A stretch of DNA of 64,000 nucleotides from Balanoglossus misakiensis (Eukaryota > Animalia > Hemichordata): the NCBI GenBank assembly GCA_040954595.2, contig CM082581.2, positions 6,874,699 through 6,938,698 of the forward strand, written 5' to 3'. Below are positions 37,001 through 50,990 of this stretch, piece after piece. A program made the position numbers and the translations under genes. Every line of letters starts with the position of its first letter. Position 1 is the stretch's first letter. Under the pieces are notes generated by a model, which saw only the letters and a list, made by a program, of their open reading frames with translations, made no database searches and was not told where the DNA came from.

Positions 37001-40000
37001 AGAAAAAAAGTCGAAGGTTATACCTATGATAGAAATTAAATCCATACTGTGCATATTTCACCAACATATGCAGCAATGCATTCTGTATTTTCAATAATTT
37101 CAAATCAAGCAAGGAAATATTTATGTCTTTAATATACTGAACTGTATAACACCACGATTGTTCTTGTTCAATGCCATGATTTGTTGGACTAATGAAAGTG
37201 GCCATACCTTTTCTAATCATACAAGCCTCTTACAGGCTTTAAATATATAGGAGAAGCCATTTTGAACAACCATACATAACATGATTTTTAGGTAAAACTG
37301 TCAAAAACTAGCCAAGTTTTCATATGGGGCTCCACAACAGCCAAGTGTGATTCATGAGTGAAGTATATCTCAAAGGAGAAAATGCCGGTTGCAGATAGGG
37401 AAAATATAGGCATAAGGGTCCATGGTGTTGAGTGTAATCCCCTACTTTTCTGTTTAAATACTCTTACAGACAGCCACATTTGCTTTTAGTCGGCTGTTTT
37501 TGTCAGATACCATCTATTTTCAGCAGTACAACCATTTTTTCAGGGACTGGTCACATTCTTTGGATGGGGGGGGGGGTGTCAGTCTGTGGCCCTGGTTTCA
37601 GAAGTAGCTATTCTTTTTTATATGCACCAGAAAAATATCCACCACCAACCTCAAAACCAAAGAAATTGGCCAGTCCCTAAGATAAGTCTGAAAAGTAAGA
37701 TTTCAACACATGCATGCACCATTCTGTAGAAAATTGGTCAAAGAGGTGAGAAAAAATAATCGCTGCCTATACATTAAAAACCAGTTTCCCCCACAAGGCC
37801 ACAGTGTCCCCTAGAGCGAAAGATTTAATCACTTGTTGGTTCACTGTATCTGCATTAATGAGCAATTGGACCATTCAGTGTGCTGCTGCATATTAAACAC
37901 AACTTCAACCATTCTGAAATCTGTTAAATTCATTGGTCATTTTCACAAATTACTGCCGTGCGTGTAGGGGGGCATCAACTTCACGCTGATACACACAATG
38001 AGCACATTCCCCAATCGTTAAAATTATGTGAATGGTTACCCAACAAGATGAGTTTAGTTCGGAAAAAAACTGTTGCCAGGAAATTATCAATACATGAAGA
38101 AATGCATGGAGTACAAATTGCTGTATGTTTAACAATGAACCGATCTGTCAAGGGTGAATTCCCTGGGCGTGTGGAACAGGCCATGAGGGTTTATTATGAC
38201 TGTGTACGTATATTGACACACGCCTCATCAATTTTTACTTCTTCTGAAAGTGGCACAAATCAGGAAATTTCTCTGCTGACATTCAATGGTCTCAATCACA
38301 GGTGACATCGCCATTTTAGTTATAACCTTTTCTGGAGTGTGCATTCATAGATGCATGAGTACTTTCCAACTCAGCCAGTATGTATGCCAAATTGACGCAC
38401 CCCTACATAACTGACTGCACATTGGCGAATCAAAACACAGATTACAGATGAGGTGTGTCATACTGTAACACACCTTGTCTGCTTCCTGTGCTGTGATTGG
38501 TCCAATCGATGTCATGTGGTGTGCATCATTTTAATACTGACACATGAAATGGCAATGTCATTTGGTTCAAAGTTTTGAAACTGTTTCTTGGACCTTATCT
38601 AAGCAAGTGCATGCAGATAAAACAAAATTTAAACTTACTCGTCAGGCAGTCTACCTGCATCTGGTTCCTGGCCAGGTGCATTTATGTGTACAAAACACAT
38701 CTTGCTTACCACATGGGCCATATCTGGATGTCTTAAGAACTTGGTAAATGTTAGATCTGAAACAAACAAAAAACCAAATGATGAGTAAATAATGCAAAAT
38801 TCAATACAAAGCATGACATAATTTTGTTTCTTTCATGTTACAACTACTGCCGTTACCTATGAAGTGTTGTTGCACATTGCGTTCTGAATCTACCATTTCT
38901 GATGCTTGCAAATGGCAGTGTGAAGTTGCAATACATCTTAGAATGTCTGTGTACCTGTGCACAACTTTTGATCTAGTTCTAGTGGATAATTTTTTCCAGA
39001 AATTATTGTCTTGAGAGAATCTCTAGTAGTATCCTCTCTTGCCAATTCAAAAAGGCTAATATCATCTGCATTCTGAAATGTGTATCGATAGTTACGAAAG
39101 GAAATGAAAATGTATCTCATTTGCCAATCACGTTTCGTGACTGAAGGCATTGCAGAAGCAATTTTTTTCTCTATAACTTAGATAATGACGAGGAGAATGT
39201 CACGAGGGATTCTATCATCTACTCCTGTTTCATTTCCGTATAGGAAAAGTCTTCCGGTGGGGAGTTCAAACATGGAACACCAGGAAAACTGTATTTCTCA
39301 TTTGTTATCTTTATGTATTTGCCCTGCAGCAGTTTTGCTTATTTGCTTCTCCTCTATAGGAAATTGAAAGTTTCATTTGATTTGATTCGTCCAACTTTGT
39401 GGAGGGTCAACGCAATGTAGGAAGGACTGAATCTGTCCTACACATGGTGTTGAGGACGGACGTTAAGGGTGACCAGGTTCAAGTTCAAATGGTTGAAGTC
39501 GTAAACATATCATAATTAAAAACGTCAGTTGTTTTTGACAGAATTCAAGATGTGAGCACATGTCCTTTGAAAGACTTTTCATTTTTTTCTCTTCCTATAA
39601 AATTACAAGCAATGCATGACATACTGGATCTTTTTGCTCAGTTGACTCACTCGCATGTAATTGCTGTGTGCCCCAGGGGGTTCAGATTCAGAGAGCCCAG
39701 CTAGCCCTGCCCCGCTGGGCCTGCTAATTATTTGCGTTTGGTGGGTCCACTGCACGCATATCTGAATTTGAGGACTAGCACAACCAGACAGTGATGGGCT
39801 GTTGGCTATTGATAAGATGGCATGCTGTAACCCCAAGTGAGCAGCCTCACGTTTCTACCGGTACTCGAGCTGGTTTCCTGGGGTCCAATATGGTTCGTGA
39901 ATAATCTGGAAAAGAACAAGACAAGCTTCCGTGGCTTGTTGCACCTGGCATGTCTGTTCAAATAATTAACCCTTTCAGTTCAATTTTATAATTTGACTTA

Positions 40001-43000
40001 TAAAGTTATTTTTAAAATCTGAAATCCCTTCCATGGAAACAACATTCATTCTATGCACGTATAAAATCTGATGCATTTTCCATTGATGGTATTATAGGAT
40101 TTTTTAAATTCAACAACAATCTTCTTAAACTGATCCCAAGATTCACTGGAAATCAGCTTTTTTCATAAAATAATCCTGTAAATTCTAAAACCCACAATAT
40201 CACAGTACGTCTGTCACTTTTTGTTAATCAGGAAATTTTGACCTTTGACCTCAGACTTCACAGGTGATAGACTATCAGATAACTCTTGCATTATTACTAC
40301 ACATGAAATGAGAAAAGGGTATGAGGAACCATAGTGAACACATACTGAGTGAAAATACCATTAAAGTTCAAAGACTGTGCGTTTGCCATCAGGAAAGCCT
40401 GTTTGATATTCTGATCTTTGCTTCCAAACACAGCATGTTGTATACTAACCCGCTGGGCGGATCAATTGCGGATTATTTCTGGTAACATCATATTGCAGTC
40501 GGGACACAATCATACAGAGAGTGTATACATTAACTTTTCATGTCAGCAACAACTTTTCCCCGGAAGCCTTCTTTCCAGCGAGGCATATTATTACACCCAC
40601 TGAAAATATACTTCATTTTCATCATGAAGTTTATATTGATGCCTCTCTCAGGAGATTTGATTTGAGGCAATATACTTTATTTCATCAACAGCAGCAAAAC
40701 ACGACAGCACGAAATGAATAAAGGCACTTTGTTTATTAAAAAGGCCTCTCCCATTTCAGCAGAAATCACAAATTACATGTAAACATACGCAAAATTTCCA
40801 ACAGCCTTAAAGCAAGTACAAAATGTATAGGAATACTCGTAAACCCTTATGCATTTATAGGCACTTTAAATGCACATTTCATGTAAACGGCCTTAGAGGG
40901 AAAATCCACAAAGGTAGTCGCAAGGAACATGTAACATATTTTTCACAAAATGTCAGTACTGCAAATTTAATAGTTGTGCGATGCAATTATGACCGATTCA
41001 TCAAATCTCAAGCAAGACACTGACATTAAGATTTTCTGTGAGGGCAATGACATTAGTTAGGGGAGAATCATTTGATTTCTAGGGATGGAGGACTTTTGGG
41101 GGGGGGGGGAATTCTCGGCAGATGGTGTGGAGAGGTTTGACTGTACTCAAGTCCTCCACCCCCCCCCTGAAATAAAATGGTTCTTCCCTTACCTGGGTAT
41201 CAAAACGACTTGATTAACTGAAAGTGAGGCAATGTCGTCATCAAGAACGTTCACCCAGCTTAATTAATGCAAGGGCCCATTCTCCTTAATGTACTGGCAA
41301 CCACATTACATTTATGCATCCAAGAAATAAAACGGGCAGCTGCTCAAAGGCAGGATTATGTACGTACATGTATGTGCGTAGGAGCAACTGTATATACAAT
41401 GTATTTGGTTAATATCTCCCAAACCTACTGAACTGAGACAAAAATAAATTCTTTGCTGCAAAATTTTCAGCTGAGAAGACGACACGCCAGAAATTCAAGT
41501 TTTGGTGAAAAATTGTCTAATCTAGCATTTAAACAGTTGACTGCAGTATCCTTTTAGCTAATTAGAACTGCACACTTCACATTTGAAGTAACACAAATAC
41601 TTAACCCTGATGTATTCATTCAATGGGGTAAATTTCGGTCCAATTTCAAGAAATTCAGTCCTGAAAGGGTCAAACGATTTGAGGTTCTACACATGATGAA
41701 TAATTTGTGATTTCTGCTGCTGAAATTTACTGGAGAAATGACAGCCATTCTAGGCAATGAAAGCATTATGCTACAAGCAAATCTAACCTAATTACACACA
41801 GAAAATAGCGGCCATGTGTAGTGATCTAGGTCATGGTATTTTTACATTTACACATACGTCATCAGTTAGTTCAATACATACTAAGTGACCATGTGGGGCA
41901 CACCTTGACAATGTCACATTTGCGCTTTCATTTTCACTGCTGTATTTAAAAAACTTCACTTCTTGCATGTATTAACTTGAATATACACCCAGTCTCTCTC
42001 ATTGTAACTCAAGAAAGCCACTCATGAAATCAGCTTGCAATATCCGACATACAAAGAGATACAAGTGCTGGCAATCATTAGCATATCTTTGACAAATGAA
42101 AGGCTGTCTATATTCTATTGCTAGTGTAAATCAAATTCTGATGAAATGTGGAGGCAATTTCGGTTCTTTTACCCAATGTTAATATAAATTTCAATGCAAA
42201 CCGAAAATAACAAATAAATGGAGGAAAATGGAACTGTGCTGGGACTTAAAAACCTTATTAAAATGCAACACAACCATGGTGCTGTAATGTACATGAAAGC
42301 GACATTGCAGATCAGCCATGTTGATAATTTGAGGTCATATCATATCACAAGTGGAGATCGCTTTTTTTATTTGCCTGTCATCGTCCTGAGTGAAGTTACA
42401 GAAATATTGCTGGGTCACTTGCTAATTGAATTTCACCTGTTTCAGTGCTGTTCTATGCATAATACCCGAAGGCTGAATGATTTGGGAACTTAATGGGCTG
42501 TGGGGAGACCTGGACTTGCCCCTTGATGAATTACTAAATTATTATCAGCACGTCACAATCTTTCGCAACTTGAAAAATTGAAATGAGAGCAAATATGCAG
42601 CAAAAGTTCCAGTTCTCGTCTTGAGCCGTATCTATTATTCCGTGCTGTCTAACAAAATAATTATTTCAATTTTTTGACCTGTGCCTCCAAAAGAAATGAA
42701 ATTTATTGTCAGCAACTTTCTAAATGGGACATTCAAGTTCTAAAAATACACCACAATGACCTTGCTTTTAACCTGTGTCTAACAGATCTTGCTTACTGTA
42801 TACATCAATGTGCATACTTTAAAAACCTGTAGATGTATTAACAGACAGGCCTGTTACTATAGTAACAGCTGCTTGGTATTTGCAATGTGCGGTCAAGTCA
42901 GCTGAGGGGGGTCTTTTGAATGGCTCATTGATTAGACCATTGATTGGGCAAAATACACTTGATATATCACACGCAACCTGATACAAGTACTGACAGGTAT

Positions 43001-46000
43001 AAATATTGCATGATATTAAAATTTAAATAATTAATATATTGTAAATATCTTGATGTATATTGGAATATACGATCCTGCTTATCTGATATGTTGAAATTTG
43101 ACATCTGACGTGAAATTGGGAAGACAATAATTGTAGGAACTGAGGTGTTTGGCTCTTGAGAACACCTGTATATGTTGGGAGTCTTGGGACATGGGCTGAA
43201 GATGAAAAATCTAAAGCAAACCAAAGATTAGAAGCAAGCTCTTTTCCAACAATGTATTTTGCTATCAGAAAATTCATACTACCGGTATTACCACTCCATC
43301 AACAGGATGGCAAACGGTGTATACTGTTGTATTATTAATAACTTAAGTTTCCAAAAGGAAGCGATGTAGTTCCTTGGAATCACACGCAGACATATGTCAA
43401 TGCCAATCTCCGTGGGAAACGATATGGCACACAGCAGGTTCCACGCCATTCTGGTCTTTCACAGATTGAATGCTCTCGCGGAAACAGTGAATACACAAGG
43501 CAATGCATTGATTCTGAATGGTGGCAGTTGTACTGTCTACAATACACCTCCTATGTACAGCTGTATTGTTTATGACCGCGATATGTGGCAGTAATGTTTG
43601 CTTTCGATGTAGGTCAAGGTGCCATTAAATTTCACCAGGTGTACTTTGGTGATTGCGTTCTGATACAGGACTTCTAACACACGACTATTTATTATACTCA
43701 AAATTTATTATTTTATAGAATAATGCACCTTGGAGACTTTTCAAATACCCGAAGTACGTCATTACATTCTTTGGGGGTTTTGATTTTAATGCTTGGGTCA
43801 GACATGATTTTCAACACTCATATTTTTTTAAAAACAAGTGTTGGTCATCTTGTTTTCAAAAGAAATCTCAACAAATCATTTTTATCCCCAATTGACGTCA
43901 TGTCAGAATTAAAGAAACCTTTCTGTCTTTATGCGTAATTACTGCTAAATTTGAAGTTATTTTTGTTCAAAAGCGGGTACAATTTGACTGTGAAATGATT
44001 TTCTTCCTCTACTTTCACTATGAATATTGCAAAACATTCTCGAACGAAATGTACTATAAACGTAATCTCAAGATTTTAGTGGTGTGGCCAGTTACTCTTG
44101 ATCACATAGACACACGTTCCATGCAGTTCTGTTCTTTGCCCCCCAGGGCTGAATCTGGGACATGTCATTTCGCCCTGGCATCTATCTATCACCACAGAGT
44201 ATTTTCATTGTCACCTTTGCCAGTAATAAAAAATCACGCCCAATTACAAGGGACTGCACGGCTGAATTACTGAAAAGAATACGCCACTGTGAGGGAAATT
44301 TTCAGGCATATCGGGGAAAGTTGAGCATATAGTCTGTTGCGATACAGAAGAGCTGGGCAGAAATGGCTGTGACAATTGAAAAGGACAACCAGCTCATGTC
44401 AATCAATTTCAAGAATGAGGTCACACAAAAACGGGACAAGACAGACGTGATGAATTCGGGCAACCAATTGAAATGATAATCGAGAACAACATCACACGAT
44501 TTCAATTCCTGACACACTGTCTCCTGTAAACTGATTTACTTAGCCAGCGGGATTATTCTGACCTCTTATGCAAGGCAAGAGTGGCTATCCTTAGTGATGT
44601 GGTGATGTCACTCCATGATAGTCGGCGGTCGAACTTGCTATTCTCCGCTGACCTTGGACCTTTACTGAACAGATATATGCCGGCAACCATAATAGGCCAT
44701 TTTCGGCCTACAAAGTGATCTAATGTCACATCACATGCTCATACTGTAGTGTAACACATCTCGTTTTTACACTGATACGAGACATGACTTGTAGAAAGAA
44801 TGGCTTTTAGTTTTGCCAGTTCCATACATTATAACCTCTCAGATGAACTTCAACGCAAGTTTTTGAATTTTACAACGCCATCAATCAAATGAATCTGAAT
44901 CTTTGGCAGATAACATTTGTCTGATCTCTTGTTTTCATCCGCACTATAATCACTGGGAGGCAGCTAGCTACCGTTAGATTATTTAGCACAGAATGGAACG
45001 ATTCATGATTTACAAACACTGCAAAGTAGATCTGACGTTCACAGCAGTGATAAAGGGTGTATATCATGTGAACCTATTACAGTGATATTTTTTGGCCAGT
45101 AAATCACAAGTCACAGCAGATTTCTTGGGATTAGATGTGTTCTTCTGCCGAGAAAATGATCGACCGTCCTCTGCCCATACAGTTACCGTTACATTTAATT
45201 TCACTTGATCGATATGGACGACATGTACAAGCACATATCTCACACCATGACTAACCAGAAGTAATCATGAGCTCAGACTGAATTTTGATTGTAAATTATG
45301 ATGTAATTGTGGCATAGAGTTATGCCTTCAACAAGTTTTAACTGAAGAGAGCATCCATCTCAAATTATTCTAATGTGGATATGTGCATGCTCTGGAATTG
45401 CAATAATGACTTAATTTTGTAATATTTTAATTCAGTTGTGTGGAAAGAAACTGTTCTGTATATAGACAGAATCAAAGCCAATTTGAAACTTCTGCACATT
45501 AAAATTTGAACCAAATAGGCAAACAACTATTACAGGTTACCTTTGACAAACCTGAATAGCACCCTTCTTTTAAAACTCCATGTCAAATTTGACAAAATGA
45601 AAGCACTTCATAGATCATGCGTGACCTTGATTGATAATTCCCTTAGTCACACAGCTGAGTCTTTGCGTTAAAATCTCATTCTTTCTATTCTAAGTCTGCA
45701 TAGTCATCTCTTACAGATTTTTCTGGTATACTTACAGTTGAGTCCAATATCGTGCCATGTTACACACAGATGCCTTGCCTTCTTATCGCCCTAGGGAAGA
45801 TAGAAAAATGAAATTGTGTTACTAAAATGGAATTAATTAACGTGAAAGTGAAGGGTATACACATGAAAACCTAATGGGGAATATGTCAATAACCGTGGGT
45901 GACCATGACTTTTTGAACATGACACACTGCATATAGTAAATTACCTTACCAAGACTTAGTTTTGAATGATTGAAGACTCTCATTTCATTGAATCTCAGTC

Positions 46001-49000
46001 ATATTTCGCTTTCACTTTTTTCTTAAAATTAAATGTAGTCAGATGTTGTCTTGAAGATCTTTTCTATTTCAATGAATGTGTCATTCATTATCCAGTCTAT
46101 GTTCAATATCGTTATCAGCAATATGACAAAATGTCCAAGTTAATTTGCATAGCTTGAAATTGACCTGGAATCTGGAAACCGAAATAGAACACCTTTTCCA
46201 GTTCCCTTTCATTTCAATAATACCTCTATAAACCAGACACCTCTCTATACACCGAACACATTTCTTAGTCCCTTTGGCGTTCAGTTTAGAATACTGTATA
46301 TGGCGTATCTTACAATCTTAGCCATTATTCATGTACCTTTATTGAAAATACCAGCTGAATCTAGGTCAGGGATCATATGGATATGCCTGAGTGTCATTGA
46401 GGGAAACTAAATCACATGACAGCTGCAGCGTTAGCGTGGAGTAAGTGAACTTTGTCCTACTACCAAACTGGTATCAGAACAGTTACCCATAGATATTCAC
46501 CAGTCAGAAATTTACCATGTTACTGTTCAATTACGGTTATCCCAGGACCTAGACAGCTTAAGTGAACATTTTACAAATATCACTTCCTCTGATTTCCTCA
46601 GCATTTACAGTAAACACAGATGCCTTCCAGAAAAGTCAATTTCTGACAGATATTAACGTGTTTAATAGGTCATACTTTGCCTTGCTGAGATAATGCATGC
46701 AGAGCTGTCGTCGTGACAGTTTCAACTAAAGTTTTTCAGTTGGATTCAACTTTAATTCTATGGACACAAATCCATAAAGAACTGGAACAAATGGAGTTTT
46801 CAATTAGGGAATAAAAGGGTATAGACTGATGAGGAAACTGCTGAGAAACCCAAGGATGTTTCATACAAAATCACAAACTTCAGATTTACAATAAAAACCC
46901 AACCACAAGTCACCGTCATTAGATCTTGTTTGTCAAAAAGAATTATAAGCTTACCCTACAAAATGTACTTTTCATTCACAAGGTCCAGTTGTGACCTTCT
47001 CAAAAACCTTCACAGATGTTTAGAATGTAAAAATAGCATCAATGTCACTTGGATAATGACCAACATGAGCTAAATGCCATCACCGTATGTTAAATGGCTC
47101 CAGGTATGAACCAACATTTTGAAAGACCTTCAACAACTGTTAGCGTATGCTGGGCACATTCAATTTTCATCACCTGTTGACTTTTTTTAGAAAACCACAC
47201 ACTTAAAATGCCATTTCAGTGCACAAACAAAAACTGATATTTATAAATATTTTAGCATATTAAACAAAACTATAAATTCACTGGGAATATTGTGTACCAC
47301 TGAAATAGAACCACTTTTTGGATAGCTTACCTGGAAATTCTGTCGCAGTTTATGATCAGTTTTTTGCAGGCAGCTCATACAACAACCAGTTTTGACTGGT
47401 TTGTGCATGTTGCCATAAAAGGGAAAATGTTGCGTATAAAGATAAGTGTATATTACTAAAACTTTTCCAGTTGTTGAAGGAAATGCAAAACAAACTAACA
47501 GCGTGATTATGTTCTTGAAACATTTCCAATGTTTCTCTAACAAACTGAGATATCTTTGTTCCTTAAAGCATAATTTTACAGGCATTTTGAATTTCATGCA
47601 TTTTTGCAACAGCCTTTGTCAGCAAATTATAGTTTGCAAAAATTAAACAATTTATTTCACCACACCAAAGCCAACAATCAAACAATTACATTTTCACTTT
47701 TCGCTGGATGAAATGTGCAACAGGTGGTTTTGCTGCCAGCTGTCACTATTTATGCAACAAATTACTGTTAACTGACTAGCAATTACAATAATTCCACACT
47801 GATTTAAGCGACCAAACCATGACACCTGACAACATTATTAGCATCAACCTCAGAGATTTTATTCTGATTTCAACTCACTGACTTATTTACTAGTGTTGGG
47901 TCCGTTCACATAAGATACACTGATACAGAACACACCCTTTTTTTAAAACCTGGATCAGAACACACCTTTTTTAAAACCTAGCTTTTATTTTGTAGGACCC
48001 TGGAAGCTTTCATTAAAATGGAAATCATTATACATCGCACACTCCAAAAAGCAGCAATGTTCACCTGGCCCTTCCATAATACTGAGTTGAATTATGTACA
48101 TTACAATATTATGAGGTTTTTCCCAGGGTGTAAAATGCCACCCTGGAAATATACGCACAGTGTACAGAAAAAGGATGTTTTCAGTATTCACGATAACCTT
48201 TCCAAGTCCCAGTATGGGATTATTAAAAACCGGAGAGTCTCACAAAGGATACCATTACTCTATCCTAATACTTTTTAAATATTTAATAACGCTCTGTACT
48301 GCAGTGACAAGAGACACTGCTATGTTTTCAAAGGCAACATAAATAACTTGTAAACTCCTGACAGCTTTTACTCAGTCCTCTGTGCCTGGGGAATCCCCTT
48401 GTCACCTATATGCCAAATAATAAATTAATAATGTTTCAAACAAGTATAGAAGCCAATTGCTAATATAATTCGCCAATGATTTGCCCAGATCCTTTAAAGG
48501 GACATTAGCAGAAACTTTTGGCTTTATTTCCAGTATTTTTGTTCTGCACCAAATTCTTGTTCTCCTTCAAACAGCATGCTAATTAACGCAGTACTCCACT
48601 TGCCAACATAGCCTGTATGTGTGTAATGGCCATTAGGAATCCTATTCTGGACGTGAATTAAATTTTGCACAATAACAATGGTGACTATAAGCAATCAGAT
48701 TCTATTTTCATTTTCATACAGGAAACATGTTTGATTTTCGCAGCTCCAGACATGTTGTGACCGATCGACATCATACATCAAACATAACTATATACTCTGA
48801 AACCATTCAGTGGACTGTTATTTCAGTTTCATATGTTCAACATTGAGATGATCAACAGTTTGACACAGGATGGCCTGGGGAAGTAGGAGTTTCAATTTTT
48901 AATTAGTACTTTTGCAAATCCCTGTCAATGTTCTTTGCTTCCAAAGTCCATATTTCTATATTTGACTGTATCAGCAACAAAATAACATCACAAGAGTTCA

Positions 49001-50958
49001 CTTGGGATCGGAGAAACTATGATGTCATCATCTCTTTTTCAACATATCCAGTGGTTTTTCTTTTACGCAAGGAATACCCTAAGTGGACGTATTTACATCA
49101 TTTCACTGCAATTTTCTCTTTTTGAATCCTCTGTGAATATTTCATGAAGTGAGCTAAATACACCGAAGGAGCATTTTGTAGCATTTTCGACAGGGAAGAC
49201 TTGAATGTAATACCCTAACATGTATCTCTCCCCTCGGCTATAATTTTCTCTCGTAATGTGCGCCTGAGGGGTTGCACGTGTTTTCGTGAACTCTTCCAAG
49301 AAAACCACCGAGGAGACTTGATCTTTGTAGTTATTATGGTGGTAATACAAGCATACGTGTACATGCGTGAGAGATGTCGATGAAATTTCTTGGTGTTCAT
49401 AACTGATGTAGAAAAATATCCTGTATGTGCATTTTGCAATTTTTGAGAAATTACGGGGAAAATGAGACTTTCTGTTGAATCCAAACCCACACTGAAAACG
49501 TGCTATATTGTTACACCAGCACTCAGGAAAAAAAAAATTCTGCTTCTCTAATACAAAATGTTATGAAAAAGAACAACGCCCTGAATTAGTATGGTCTGAA
49601 ACCCAAACAATGCAATTTAAAAAGTTGCCTGGGAAACAAAACTTTTTATAGATTTTATTCTACGGTAATTATAATTTATGACCATCCATCCAGAGGATTA
49701 ATAATAATAAAATACATGCACCCTTTCTCTTTACAACCAGTATTCAACAGCTGCACTGTTTGTTAATTCAAAGTGGAAAGCTAGTATAATTCTATAATTT
49801 TGAGGCCAATATTTAATATAAATGGAAAATATTCATAATCTTTCTATGCCACGTTGTTAAACAGTATTTACACATTCTCCATCCTGAGGCAATTTCGACC
49901 TTGCATACACACTCTTCAATGACCTCAACTGAAAATCCCCATGACGTATATTCATGTGACCATCAACTTCTCATACTTTTGAACTTTAGCAATTCCTTGG
50001 TCGAGTACAAGGATGTTATAGGTGACAATAAGAGAATCCCGTGGGTGTTTTCAATCTTTCATTTTCTACTGAAATTATAAAATTGAGGCCTGGCATCATG
50101 GGAATTATTAAACTGACAACGGAATTATTGTTAACAACATGAAAGGTTAAATAATCGGTGACATCTGTATATCTCTTTCAAGCTTCATTGTGCCAGGTTG
50201 AATGGAAGTAACCAAAGGACCGACCTGATCACATATGTCAGTGTGTGTATTGTACTGTTGTGATCACCAACTTGTTTTCCTTGGTGTAACTGTAAGGTTC
50301 AAGGGAGCAAAAGAGTCGGGGAAAAACACCTGTATCAGATACACACATTTACAATCAATTAAGTGATATAGACAGCAAATGTCCATTTTGTCCAGCAGTC
50401 AGGATGTATGGTTATCACACTGCACTGAAGAACATTTCCTGGAAATAGACTATTTGGCACCTAAAAAGGACAGCGATTTCCTCATTTTTACCCTTGAATG
50501 TCTATTACAGATAGGCCTCCAATGGGGAAATTCCATTATAAAAGTATCACGCAGGAAATGAGGACTCTAGGCTATGAATCCTTTGACCTATCTTTAAGAT
50601 TTTCTATATAAATTGAGAACTTCCCTGAAACATCGCACTCTAAATTTTTGCATCGAGGAAAAAAATATATCAGCATTATCACTAGGGATTGATACCAAGA
50701 CATTTGAAGTTGACCAATCCAATATCAAATTTCTTCTTCCTCATTTCTAATTCTATTAATTAAAACTCATTACCTAAGACTTGCAATAAAGAGTGACAAA
50801 AAAGTAATTGGATCTTTATTGCATCAGTCATAAAGTGAACCATGAAAATTTTCTGAATTACGGTACCGTAGTTTGCCGGGTAAGAACCCCTGCTCGGACA
50901 AACGCCCCCCCCTGGTTTTAGGGCCCATTTGTAGATCGAGGCCATATCCGGTCTAAAG

Positions 50959-50990
<32 letters not shown>

